A stretch of 64,000 nucleotides of DNA from Scyliorhinus canicula (GCF_902713615.1 NC_052161.1:126378678-126442677); one strand, 5' to 3'; numbered from the stretch's first letter, positions 22,605-36,002 are shown. The notes: generated by a model from the letters alone, not told the origin. A program made the numbers and translations.

Positions 22605-22907
22605 ATAGGATCCCTGCAGTGAAGTAGGAGGCCATTCAGCCCATAGAGGCTGCACCGACCCTCACAAAGAGCACTACTACCGAGGCCCATTCCCCCAACC
22701 TATCCCCGTAACCCCCGCATGTCGATCGTGGCCAATCCATCCAACCTGCACCTCTTTAGACTGTGGGAGGAGGAAACCAGAGCACATGGGGGGAAACCCA
22801 CTGGGTGAACGTGCAAACTCCACATCGACAGTCACCCGAGGTCGGAATCGAACCGAGGTCCCTGGCGCTGTGAGGCAGCAGTGCTAACCACTGTGCCGCC
22901 GTGCTGC
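22605..22907 (-). mobile_element. tRNA/V-domain SINE with CR1-like tail (HE1-like)
   Basis: Minus head gcagcacggcggcacagtggttagcactgctgcctcacagcgcc; tail gggctgaatggcctcct. Confidence 0.75.
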
Positions 22908-25900
22908 TGATTAGCAGCCTCTTGAACGCTCCCATCCCTCGCAACAAGTCCTGACATTGGTCTCGGGCTCAGGGCTTCTGGTCCAGTGGTAGGGATGCTA
23001 CCACTGCTCCACAAGGCCTCCCGGTGAGGTACAATGGTCAGCTGCAGGAAGATAGACTGCTGTTGCAGTTGACTGTCCGCTGACTTCTGTTGCAGTTGAC
23101 TGCAGATTTTGTATCTGTGACCTCAGTTGCAATTGACTGCACAAAAGGACAGAGTTGGAAGATTGAATCCTGTGAGTGGGGTGAACAGAGCACACACTCA
23201 GTATGTAGCATCTTATTGAGAGCTTTAAGAGATTGCATCACTGGCAAAAAATGTTTGCCAGACATTTTTAAAAACTGTTTCAATGATATGTTGCAGTACA
23301 TAAATCGGCACTCTTGTCTCCTTTCAAAATAGATGTTTGTCAAACATTTTATCATCAATGTCACTATAAATGAAGCCAATCTGCTGAACCTTAGTGACCT
23401 TCAATTCTCTCTGTAAGGCATTAAACATGTGATAAGAGAGAATTCAGATGCCATTCACAATGATGGTTGACAAATTGGAGACATGGTATGTTATATAGGA
23501 TACTATATGCCCTTTCGGAAAAGCACAATATAGCCCATGAGGAATAGTCCAGTAAACATTTTTGGAGAGAAGGAGGGAATAGCTACAGCACTTTTGCTGC
23601 GATTTGAAGTAGATACAGAGATGTGTTTGCCATCATTGTGTTGTGAACCTGCACAGCTTAGCTGATGCTAAATCGTAAAGTGACAGAATTCTTGAAATTA
23701 ATTTTTGAAAATTATATAAATTTTCCAGGTTAGTCGGTGAATAGATTCTTTGATGTGTAACTGAGCCACATTGTACAGGCCCAGTGATGCATTTGTATCT
23801 AAGATGCGGTGGTTGGGGGGGGGGGTGTCAATGCATTCAGCTTCAGGACCCCAAAAAAAGAATGAAATAAAATCAGCCACTTGCTGATTGCTCGATAATG
23901 ACGGTGCCAAGAAGTGTTTGTGCAAACACTTGTGTGGGGTACTGCCCTTGTGTTTCTGTGTGTCCATGTGTACCTGATGTGCTTGTGTATATTTCTGCAG
24001 TTGTGCATGCATGTCTGTGTATATGCCCGTGTGTGTTTGTATGTATGTCCAGGAGTATCAGAAGCCATCTGACCTGTCAGCCCACTGGCCATTCTTCATG
24101 TTGTGAGCCTCGAAAGTAAGTGTCGACAGGCTCTTCGCCCATGGAAGGCATTGAAACCGAACCTCATCCTTTCCTAACCTGACACCCAGCCAGACCCACT
24201 TTCCAAGAGGTAACACTGGATAGAAACAGGGAGCCGAAGAAAAACAGAAAATACTGTAAACAGATTTGGCAGCATCTGTGGAGAGAAAAGCAGCGTTAAC
24301 GTTTCACGACAATGGCTTTCTGCCGGTGATGTTTCCCTCGCTCGTCGCTGAGGCTATTGAAGCACCTCCACAAAGTGTCAACTCAGTGAGTAGCTCCTCA
24401 CCTCTGAGTCCAAAGTTAGCAGCTCAAGTCCCGTTCCAAAGATTTGATCACATAATTGAGTCCTGTGCAGTTTGGAGAGTGTGCTTTGCTGCTGGAGGCG
24501 TTGTCTTTCAAATAAGACTTTAATGCAAAGCCCTCTCAGTTGGACTCAAAATATCCCAACTATTTTGAAGAAGAGCCGGGGAGTTATTCCTGGTGTCCTG
24601 GTCAATATCTATTCCTCAATCAACATCGCTAAAAATGGATTATCTTATTATCACGTTGCTGTTTGTGGCAGCTAGCTGCGTACAATGAACTGCTGCATTT
24701 TGTGCATAACAGCAGTAAATAGACTTCAAAAGTACTAAATTGGATGTTAAGCGCTTTGGGAAGTCCTGAGGACATGGAAGGTGCCATAGAAATTTGCGGC
24801 CTTTAGGGTCATGAGATCAGTAGGGAGTTGCGCGGCCCCAGTTTTAATAGAGAACTTTCATTGCCCCTTTGGCTGCTGGAAGAGTTCCACCTACAGGTGT
24901 CGTGAAACGAAAGAACAAAATGAAAACAAAAGTCGAGAAAGTGAGAGAGAAAAAAGGAAAGGATTGCAGAACGGATTGAAAACAAGGAGAGAAGTTGATT
25001 TTCACACTGCTTTGCTGTCCCCTGACACTCACTCGTTGAATGTTCAGGATGCTTGAGGTATTCAACTCTCTGCTGAAAGTATCTTGGAACTCTGATTGTA
25101 CAATGTTAACCTACAGGTGTAATTGTGATCTGGGAGGATTGGACAGTACATAGAGTACGCACCGGGGAATACAATCAGTGGATTAAGTATTTGCATATGG
25201 ACAAGTGGAACCGATAACACGAGAGAAATTCTCTACCTATGCAGTGCCTCACATCCTCACAGTGTCCCAAAGCACTTGACAACTAATAAATCACTTTTGA
25301 CATGCAGTCTCTATTGTAATCATAAGCGATCACAAAAGCCACAATGTTACACTGTTGATTATAATGATTTCTTTTAGGGACAAGCAAAGACCATTAGACT
25401 CATCTCTGGGAAAAATAGATCTTTAGAGATCTTCAAAATGATGAAAGGGTTTAAAAGGGTAAAGGTTGAATAAATGCTTCCACTTGTAAGGTCATCAATA
25501 TAAGCTAGTCGTGCATCAATTCAATAAGTAATTAAAGGGAAACTTCTTTACCCGGGGAATGCTAAAAACAGGGATTTCACTACCTCGTGGATTGGCTACG
25601 GCAGATAGCATAGATCCATTTACAGGGAGGCCAGATAGGTACATAAGGGAGAGAGCAGAAGGGTATGGTGAGACAAAGTAAAAAAAAAACGTTTTAATTT
25701 AGGGTACCCAATTCTTTTTTTTCCAAGTAAGGGGCAATTTAGCGTGGCCAATCCACCTACCCTACACAACTTTGGGTTGCGGGGGCGAGACCCACGTAGA
25801 GACGGGGAGAATGTGCAAACTCCACACGGACGAGTCAAAGTAAATCAATCGGGAGAAGGCTGAGGCGGAGCAGAATCGCTGGCATGGACCTGTTGGGCCA

Positions 25901-26287
25901 AATGGCCTGCATCAATGATTTCAAAAGAAAATTGGATGGGTACTTGAGGGAATACATGTACAGGGCTACAGGGATAGGTCGGCTGAATGAGATTGACTGC
26001 ATTGGTCTACAGAGAGCCAGCATGGACTCAATGCGCCGAATGTCCTCCCTCTGTTCCATAATCGCTCTATGAGCCTTGGCTCTTAACCTGCATCCTATGG
26101 GAGATGTTTGAAACTCGTTCTTGTCATTTCATTAAAAATCCCTGTAACAAGGTGAGAGGGGAGACTTACATCTCCTGGGCTGGAGGTGAATGAACAATGC
26201 GGCCCAACTGCTACAATGGTGTGTGATTACATTTCGTCAAACCTGTCCTTTCTCCAAGCACATCAGGATCCTGTACCAACTCGTCTC

Positions 26288-26324
<37 letters not shown>

Positions 26325-26394
26325 ACCCACCTCCCCCACTCCGTTTCTCACCATATCCCTGAATCACTTCAACAACATAATAAAAGCATTTTAC

Positions 26395-26514
26395 TGCAGA
26401 TGCTGGAATGTGAAACAAAAACAGAAAATGCTGGAAAATCTCAGCAGGTGCGACAGCCTCTGTGGAGAGAGCAGGGAGCCAACGTTTCGAGTCTGGATGA
26501 CACTTCTTCAGAGC
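26395..26514 (-). mobile_element. Penelope-like terminal-repeat fragment containing a hammerhead-like core
   Basis: Minus: GCT CTGAAGA A GTGTC ATCCA GACTC GAAACGTT GGC; related truncated copy at ~24236-24306. Confidence 0.5.
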
Positions 26515-29290
26515 AGAATCTCTTTGCTCTCTGGAAATGCATCCGAGTATGCAAAACATGTTTCCATTAACTTATCATCACTTTGGGTGTTGGGCCAGGA
26601 TTTTTCGGATGGAGGGATTTTCCTTCCTGCCATCAGAAGAGCTGGTGGAGAACAGCCCCGCTGATACTATCTGCCCCGCAGATAGAACTTGATGTTCGAG
26701 TAAGTGTTAATTGGCTGGAAAGCGGGTTTCCTGTGTGTGGCAGCTGCAGTGGACAGGACTGAGACTAGAAGAGCTTAAGTCCAGAATTGCAGGACCAGGT
26801 AAGTTTTGGGCGTCTCGGGAACAGCACAGGAGGTGAGGCCCAGGAAAGTGGGCAGAGGGGGGGAGTGGAGAAGTTGTGGGAGACAGAGAACCTGCAGCGT
26901 CCCACACAAAATGATTGGGGGGTGGGCCCATTGGTAAAAGGAGGCTGCTGATGGAGGCACTCCTCACCCCCATCCTTTCCCATTCGAGGCCAGAACGCGA
27001 TTAATTTTCAGGCTTTCCCGAACTCCTACCGCCAGCCTGAAAATTGAGGCTGGGTGGAAAACGGCCCTGAAACGGTCAATAATTGGTCACTTAAGGGCCT
27101 CAATTGGGACAAAGGTGGTTGGGCTGGCCTAGGCCTCAACCATCCAAGCACAAAGGTCAGGGTAGGCGGAAGCCCGGTGGATAGGCCATCCGAGAAATGT
27201 TACGGCCACCCCCTGCCTACAAGCCTGCCGGTGGGGTAACATAAAATTCTGCGAGGATGATCCAACCGACTTCCCTTCTGATTCCTAACTTCCTCATTTT
27301 TAATTCATGTCTCATCGGACTTGAACCGTTTGTCCTAATAAAACACTGTGCCTGAATCAACTTCCGGTAGTCAATTCTCTTTATAACAAGCAAAACTTCA
27401 TTTAGGTAATTGAACAACTCGTAAAACATTTGTTGTGAGCAGTACACATGGGCATCCTTGCTTGTTTGGCAACTTTTGAGATCATCCTCAACCACTTCCG
27501 ATTCATTTGGAAGATATCTTCTGTCCAGTTAAGCTTGGACTACCTGGTCCTTTAGCAAAATGATGGTGCTCATTTGTAGGATGGACCTCTGTCAAATTTT
27601 TGCCGATGCCATGACTAAACTGTGAGGCAAGTTCTCATTTTAGTTATTTATTTTTACAAACAGCGCTACTTTCTCATGTGTTACCTTGACTCAATTTGGT
27701 AACTCTTGCATCTCCCCAGCAAAAGGTTGCGGGTTCAAGAATCTCAACACCGTACAGGACCGAGCAGTTTGCTTAATGGGTGCCCCCTGCTGTTGAGCAC
27801 AGTGTCTAACCTCCCCCTCTTCGCCATGGGCGCACTGAGGCTGGATCTCGTAGAAAATACGGAATGCCCCTCAACAACTTATCTAGGTCACTTTGACAGC
27901 ACCGTCCAACCCCGTGACTTCTTTGCCACGAAGGGCAAGAGCAGCAAGGTGGTGGAAGCATTATCAGGTCCATTTTACCTTCTGCATTTTGGGCCGTCCA
28001 GACTCTTGACACCATTCCTTCATTATTCCCGGAACTCCGTACCCAACACCATTGTAAGAGCAACATATATAATTGTTGTTATGCAAAGATATTATGGAAT
28101 CAGAGCAGATAGAAGGAGTTAAGATGCAGATTGGGCATGATCTAATTGAATGGTGAAGCAGGTTCGAGGGGCTAAACAGCCGACGTTCCTATACAACTGG
28201 AAAAAAAATGTCCCATCGGACCCAATGAAACACAGTTAATTTTTAGAAAAGGAATCACATTCAGTGAGTAATAGACCTTGAATGATACAGTGAATAATAT
28301 AGAATGTCATTATTTTGGAAAGCAATAACACACAGTAATATATTTATTGAAAATTTCCTTTGGATACAGCTGCTCAGTGTCTAATCTGGCGATTAGAATT
28401 TCTGTTTGCTGCCAACAAATGGTGTAAATATTTGATGTGGTTGTGTTTGTAATGGTAGTCACCATTCCCCCTTCAAGCAGCAACTCTGTTTATCCTGCCT
28501 GTCTTTGTAATGCCTCGTGTGAGCCAAACTGGAGAGAATTAGAAATGTGTTATTTTGGTTCTGGAAAAAAACTGCAGCCAAACATCATTAGGTAAGTATT
28601 GAACTTGGGTGGTAACACAAAGTGGGCAACATAGAATCAGGCATCTGTTTTACTCCCGCACAAGATGGTTAATTCTACTGTCTGCAATGGAGCTCCCAGT
28701 CTGGGGTGGAGCAAGGCTAACGTAATCCAGCCCATTTATCACCCAAGCAGAATTTCCACCCTGATTAATGAACCAAGATAATGGCACCATTACAGACCTG
28801 AAGCGTCAGACTGCACCACAACTTCTGATCATCACTTGACTGCCATCTCTCGGGTCATCGCAGTGCCTCGCAGTCACAGGTTCACACTGTGAGGTGGGTC
28901 ACCATCATGGTCAGACTGTTGCGTGGTCAGCAGAACGCAAATTGCACCAAGTGGAGACAAATCTGCACGTCCTCGCTCACCGGAATCTGCTCGCTCGCTT
29001 GTTACTGCTGTTAAATTGTGAAACATTAGCAGCTCCAGAAGATCGGAGAAAACATTTTGAAGGACAGTCTAACAGCCTCATTGGTGCACAGGAGGAACTT
29101 CCAACAAACTGGACCAAGTGGCAGCTCCTCATCCAACACAGTCAGAAAATACTGACTGCATAAACTCTGCTCGAGAGAAGCAAGGAGAGAGAGCAGAATC
29201 TGGTTCAGGAACTCTCCACCTCCCCCTCCCCTTCCACCCCTTCCTCTTGTCCTTTCTGCCCAAATACCTATGGCTCCAGGTTTGGTGTGT

Positions 29291-29708
29291 TGAGTCACCT
29301 GAGGACACACAAATCATAAAGCCTGGCTGACGTCATCCTCCCTTTGATGGGCTGACGATGAAAACATTGGTCGCTAGACTGTCAGCTCTATTAAAGATTA
29401 AAAGTTGAAAGCAAAGTTTTCCCAGAGAGTCTATTGACACTGCTCCGTCAGCTAATGTGTTACACTGTGTGTTAGTCAATGAGTGAGAGGAAAGTGGGAT
29501 TTCACTGGAGGGCTCACAGACAGTCCATTTTACAGCAAATTGTCTGGTCACTAAGCAAACAGTATCTGTTTAAACAGCGCACCACAGCAATCAGTCTGCA
29601 GAGTCTATTTAAAAAGAACTCGGCAAGCAGAACCTGTGCCCAAAACTGCAGCAAAGTCTCCCAATGAAAGCAGTGTGATTTCTCCAGCAAAGTGCAGTGA
29701 GTGTAAGT
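29291..29708 (+). promoter_or_regulatory. candidate intronic promoter/enhancer
   Basis: TGAGTCA 29291, TGACGTCA 29328, CCTTTGAT 29341, TGACG 29353, TATTTAAA 29606, donor-like GTGAGT/GTAAGT 29697-29708, all in a repeat-free block. Confidence 0.35.
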
Positions 29709-30371
29709 CAGTTGTACAATACAGATTAGATGTGTAAATCAACTTACACCAGTACAGTCTCCAGGTATGACCGACATGAGGAATTATCTGTGTGAACAGC
29801 TGTCAGGGGCTGTTAGGGGCTGCAGCTTTGAATTAAAGCACAATTCCCTGGCAGCCAGTGCCCAGGCCAAGTGCTAATTATTGGCTTCTTGTCATATGTC
29901 AACATATTGCCCACGTGTTAGCGTCAACTACCCCGCCTGGTCAAACTACCTTTTTCTCTTCCTTTCGGGTATTCTTACAGCACATAAACAAAAGTATTTG
30001 AAATAAGTGAAGATAGCCACTATTCTTTAAATGCTCCTTTAATTTTCTCCTAGTTTAGCATCATAACAATGTCCAGGAGATTGATTCCTGGCGATTCCGA
30101 GGCAATGCTGAAAAGTTGGCAACCCCTCTGTCTGGGCTCAGGAGGACCCAACACACAGTTCCCGCTGAAGGGTTTGTGCCAACAAATGATCAAAGGCTGC
30201 TGTGTGGAAATGTGGGAACATTGGTCCAGGTGCAGACTCAACCCTCCATACTTGACTGGCGCTGACTCCGCCCATCGGCCTCAACCCCCGCAATCCCACT
30301 TTCCCCGACCGGATTTTTCTCCATCAGAGTCTTTATCTAATTACCGAATAATGTTATTCATGATTTGGTTA

Positions 30372-31282
30372 CTGGCACAGTGGTTAGCCCTGCTGCCTCA
30401 CAGTGCTAGAGACATTGGGTGAATGTGTGGACTTTGTACATTCTCCCCGTGTCTATGTGGGTTTCCTCCGGGTGCTCCGGATTTCTCCCAGTCCAAAGAT
30501 GTGCAGGTTAGATGGATTGGCCCTTAGTGTCCAGGGATGTGCAGGTTAGGTTACGGTGATAGAGCGGGGTGGGCGGGGCAGTGGACCAGGGTAGAGTGCT
30601 CTTTCACAGGATCGGTGCAAACTCGATGGACCGAATGGCCTCCGACTGCACTGGAGGAATTTTATGAGTTACTTCTCAGGAAGAAATACCCATATATCCA
30701 AGGGGGTGGCACAGTGGTTAGCACTGCTGCCTCACAGCCAGGGACCCGGGTTCAATTCCGGCCTCGGGTCACTGTCTGTGTGGAATTTGCACTTTATCAC
30801 CATTTCTGCATGGGTTTCCTCCGGGTCCTCCGGTTTCCTCCTGCAGTCCAAAGATGTGAAGGCTAGGTGGATTGGCCATGATCAATTGCCCCTTAGTGTC
30901 CAAAAGGTTAGGTGGGGTTACTGGGTTACGCGGATTGGGTCGGGGCGTGGGCCTAAGTAGGGTACTCTCCCAAGGGTTGGTGCAGACTCGATGGGCTGAA
31001 TGGCCTCCTTTTGCACTATATATTTTTTTTTTTTAAATTTAGATTACCCAATTATTTTTTCCAATTAAGGGGCAATTTAGCGTGGCCAATACACCTACCC
31101 TGCACATTTTTGGGTTGCGGGGGCGAAACCCACGCAGACACGGGGAGAATGTGCAAACTCCACACGGACAGTGACCCAGAGCCGGGATCGAACCTGGGAC
31201 CTCAGCGCCGTGAGGCGGTTGTGCTAACCACTAGGCCACCGTGCTGCCCGTCCTTTTGCACTATAGAGATTCCATGATTCTA
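30372..31282. mobile_element. SINE cluster: two + strand HE1-like copies (30372-30666, 30705-31282) with a - strand SINE (31021-31249) nested in the second
   Basis: Repeated heads ggcacagtggttagc; 15-bp TSD tccttttgcactata at 31006-31020 and 31251-31265. Confidence 0.85.
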
Positions 31283-32679
31283 TATTCTGACCATCCTATA
31301 GGTGAAAAGCTCCTTCACTCCTGATCTTATGCCGTCCTGTTACTCATTTGCCAAATAATCTTTTACTACCTACCCATCCAAAATTGCTATCCCTGCCCTT
31401 CGCCACACTCTCCTGAGGATATATCACTTGCGCAGATCAGGATTCTGATCTGATGGTCTGGGGATTGACGCAGGCAGTTTAAAAAAAACTCCAAAGTGTA
31501 AGAAATAAGTTATATCGCACAGAGTTCCACTGACATCATGTTGCTTAACAACAACCCTAGAAACGGAGAGCTAAAAGCAACAAAGAGGAACAAGAGAAGC
31601 AGAATGTGTTTGGATAATGTTGCTTTTCCCCTTTTTTGCCGTGTGTAATTCTCCTTGATGTTTCGAATGTTGACACACTAAAAATGACTTGTTATCCTCC
31701 GGCAACCTTTTCCTTGGCACGTGCACAAATACTTTCTGTTCCCTCCTCGCTTCATTTCTCATAGACTGTTTGAAGTGTACTTTAGACAAACCTAACACTC
31801 AGGGCTTTTTCATCTCCATCCAGTTCTATCATCTCATCACTCCTGTTTGAAAAACGTGGTGGAGTTTAGTTCCACTGGGGCCTGCAGTCCAGTGTTGTCC
31901 GCTAGATAGCCACAGATTTCACTCTGGGGACACCATTTTAGCCACACGCTCTACTTGTAATTGTTACACACACTCACTCAGTACGGGCAAACAAATCACA
32001 GACCCCCTTGATTCGACTGCAGCCTGTGTTCTATGAGAACACCCTTGCTTCTGAGTCAGACGGTGGGGGTTTAAACCATTCTCCAGAGACCTGGGCACAT
32101 AATTCCTTAACCAACATTGACGGATTATCTGATCATTTATCACATTGCTGACTGTGAGAGCTTGCTGTGAACAAATTGGTTGCCGAATTTTCCTGTCTAA
32201 CAATAGGGACTACACTTAAAAAGCACTAATTGGATGTAAATCACTTTGGGATGTCCTCAGGTCGTGAGGAGTTCTTTTTCTCTCATGCATATATTTATTT
32301 AATATGGAACATTCACCATGACTCAGATCCAAATCGTCAGGCACTCACAGCAATAAAAAAAAACACCCATGCAGATTTTGCCATTTTACCATTTCCCCAG
32401 CAAACGCACAAAAAGTTAAACATGATGAATATGCCTATTACTTTTTGTACTTGTTAATCAGGAATGCAATTAGTCACATCTAGCACTCAAGTGGCTCCGA
32501 TGAACCTACAGTGTGTGTTCGTAGGAAATGTGCCAATAGAGAGCATGACCTTTGAGTTCCATCTCGTCCCTACACATGTAGTTTCCAAATCTGTATATGT
32601 GACCAGGAGCAAAGACCCCTGTTTCTCCATGCCTCTCCCTCCCTGTTTCTTACCGTGAGAGGCTCATTATATTGCTTCT

Positions 32680-32906
32680 TTTATTAAATAAATTTAGAGT
32701 ACCCAATTCATTTTTTCCAATTAAGGGGCAATTTAGCAGGGCCAATCCACCTACCCTGAACATCTTTGGGTTGTGGGGGCGAAACCCATGCAAACACGGG
32801 GAGAATGTGAAAACTCCACATGGACAGTGACCCAGAGCCGGGATCGAACCTGGGACCTCAGCGCCGTGAGGCTGCAGTGCTAACCCGCTGCGCCACCATG
32901 CTGCCC
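32680..32906 (-). mobile_element. V-domain-type SINE, short A-rich tail subfamily
   Basis: 15-bp TSD cattatattgcttct at 32665-32679 and 32907-32921. Confidence 0.85.
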
Positions 32907-33990
32907 CATTATATTGCTTCTGACATAGAGGATAGAATCTTACAGTGCAGAAGGAGGCCATTTGGCCCCATTGTGCTTATGCAGGCTCCATATAATCCCA
33001 TTTCCTCATAGGCCTGACAGTTTTTCTCCTTTAAGTATTTATCCAGTTTCCATTTCAATTTACGACTGAGCCTGGTTCCACCACACTTTCAGGTAGTGTG
33101 TTCCAGATCACAACAATGTACTAAGTTTTAAATAAACTTCTCTTCAACTCCCCCTCTGATTCATTTGTCAATTCTGTATCTTTTGTTTACTGACCCTCAT
33201 TGCCTGTTGTAACAGTTTCTCCTTAATTATCCTTTTAAAGTCCCAAATAATTTTGGCACCCCTCTATTAAATCTCCCCTGAACCTGTCAAATAATTCGAA
33301 TCATAATGATCGATAGCTAATAGCGTATCAGCCAGAAGACACAAGGGTATTGAGAGCTTAGTCAGGACCAGTAAGTTGCCTAGAGATCGATGTTCCTCAG
33401 GCCAGGAGAGAACCAGCTGGGAGATGCCCGAGCGAGAGACCATGAAGGAATGTGGAACCGGCAGGGAGGTTCAGGTGGGAGGAATAAAGAGATGTGCAAA
33501 ACAAAAAAGGTTAGAGATCATGGGATTTAGAGATCATGGAATTAATCCAAGGAGTGAGGAATAGTGGGAAGTGGAAAAGGGAGGATCAGGCAGAAAAGGT
33601 AGAAACGGAAAGGCACAGGAGCGGAGAGAAATGAACATGGATGATGTGGCAGAAAGAGCGGGAGGCACTTGGAGGTCAGAGGAAGACCTGGGCAGGCACA
33701 AGCAGGAATGGAGAAAGAAGGGAGGCAAAAAGGAGATAGGCAAAAGGAGGAAGTGGAGAGAGGAAGAGAACGATAAAGGGGACGGAATGGAGTGAGGAAA
33801 GGGCCACAGCAAGCAGGGATTGGAGAGTCGGGGAGCACGGGACATAACAAATACAAAAGAGAAAGGGAGAGGAATGAATGTAGAAAGGGGACAGGAGTGA
33901 CAATGAGATCCCTAGATATGTTAAAATATGGCATGTGAGCTCAGAATGTACCAGCATCTGTGTGGCCCTATCAAATACCATCTTCCACAG

Positions 33991-34023
33991 AAATCAGTAT
34001 AAACGTCAGGATGGAACAACTTG
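33991..34023 (+). CDS. CAMTA1: candidate 33-nt alternative CAMTA1 exon (phase 1-1, EISINVRMEQL)
   Basis: tcttccacAG acceptor, TTG|GTAAGT donor; frame-preserving, stop-free and in frame with the 44930 exon. No transcript evidence. Confidence 0.4.
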
Positions 34024-34451
34024 GTAAGTATATCTGAAGCACATTAAATTTAATTGTCACACTTATTGCCGCTTTGAAGTGGATCCTTTCCAGGCCGTTT
34101 GGGGATACAGATCATTCATAAATCGCTGCAGTGAAGAGCATCAAAAATTCACAAGCGATTTTTAAAAGCAAATTACCTCGGGTTTAAAAGAAGTTGAATC
34201 ATAACTGCTGCTGTTCCCTCACAAGCTCTGACTGCACTGTCTCAGGGGCAACTCGGCACAGCTCTGATCCACAGTTATCTTGGGAGAGCTGCGATTTCTT
34301 TGCAAAAATTTAATTTTAGAAAAATCTCTTGAAGGAGGGGAAGATATACAGAGAATAACAGATCTCAGAGTGTAATACAGGCTAGAATCTACTCGAGGCA
34401 TTTGAGTGGTTTGTACATAAACTAATAGATACCTGGAAGTGAGTTTTTTTT

Positions 34452-34773
34452 TACATAGAACATACAGCGCAGAAGGAGGCCATTCGGCCCATCGAGTCTG
34501 CACCGACCCACTTAAGCCCTCATTTCCACCCTATCCCCATAGCCCAATAACCCCACCTAAACATTTTAGATACTAAGGGCAATTTCTCATGGCCAATCCA
34601 CCAAACCTATACATCTTTGGACTGTGGGAGGAAACTGGAGCACCCGGAGGAAACCCACGCACACACGGGGAGAACGTGCAGACTCCGCACAGACAGTGAC
34701 CCAGCGGGGAATCGAACCTGGGACCCTGGCACTGTGAAGCCACAATGCTATCCACTGTGCTACCATGCTGCCC
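34452..34773 (-). mobile_element. HE1-like SINE
   Basis: Full head-to-tail copy; near-identical to 36003-36348. Confidence 0.85.
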
Positions 34774-35389
34774 TAAGTTATAGGCTGACATCTAAATCAA
34801 GGGGTTCGGATGGTTTATATATATATATATAGGATAATGGATACTCAATAGTGAGTTACAGGTTGGAATCTAATCAAGATGTTTAGGTACTTTATATACA
34901 GAGTAACAGATAGCCAAGAGTAAGTTTAAAGCTGGTATCTAATTTGAGATTTTGTGTGGTTCATGTTTTAGAGTAACAGATACCCTGGCGTGATAATTAC
35001 ACATTAATGATGACCTGTTCTATATATCTAATCATCTTTTGATTCCAGCCTGTAACTCACACCTTGGCGTCCAGTGTTTATTCGTGTAAACTATTCAGAG
35101 GTCCTGGTTTGGTTTCTAGGCTGTAACTCACTCCTCGGCCTTTCGCCCACACACCCTTGCATTCAGGGTGCAGAACAGACATACGTGAATTCAGATTGAA
35201 GAGTTAATAGACTGATGTCAGATTAGTTAAATGTTCTGCAGTGAAATATGGCGAGCTCCAGGAAGCAGAGCGGAGACCATGAAATCATCGTCTGCACTGC
35301 AGCAGACTGCACTGCAGACAGTCGGAACAATGGCCTGTCAGCTCCACACAAGACAAGCAACCAATGCTAACCTAGTCGCACAACTCAGC

Positions 35390-35422
<33 letters not shown>

Positions 35423-36002
35423 ACTTCTCAATCCATCTCAATTGCAGATTTATAATTTTGCTGATAATTTCTGGCACTGCTCTCCTTGTTATTTTTACCC
35501 CACCTGTTCTGTTTTCAAGAGGGCCCCCGCTTAAAATGCGATCTGGGCTCCACGAGCACTGGCTTCCTTCCGAACGGAGGGTTGTCAACCCTCCAAGATT
35601 TACCTGGAGTATCCAGGAATTAAAGATTATTCCCATGGAAACTGTTGCAAGCAACAGCAAAAAAAAAACCCTGGGAGAAAAATGATCACAACAGAAGGGG
35701 TTTTTTTTTTCATTTTCATCCAACACTTTCATTTATTAGCAGTGAAAGTGCTGAGGGGGTGGGGGATAATGGCTGCCTGTCCAGGCAGGGGTGGTTGGAT
35801 TTGGATAGTAATGAGCTGAATGCTCAAGCCAGAGTCGGCATCATTACAAATGTACCCTCACCCCAACTAGCCGTTCTGAATGGGTGTACCCACCCACTGA
35901 GTGTCAGCAGCATATCTGATCTTGGGATGGCAGGGTAGGAACAGCCAGTATCTGCCTTTTCCCGCAGGGATTGCTGGAAGGGTTCAGGATCAGGGCTTTG
36001 GG

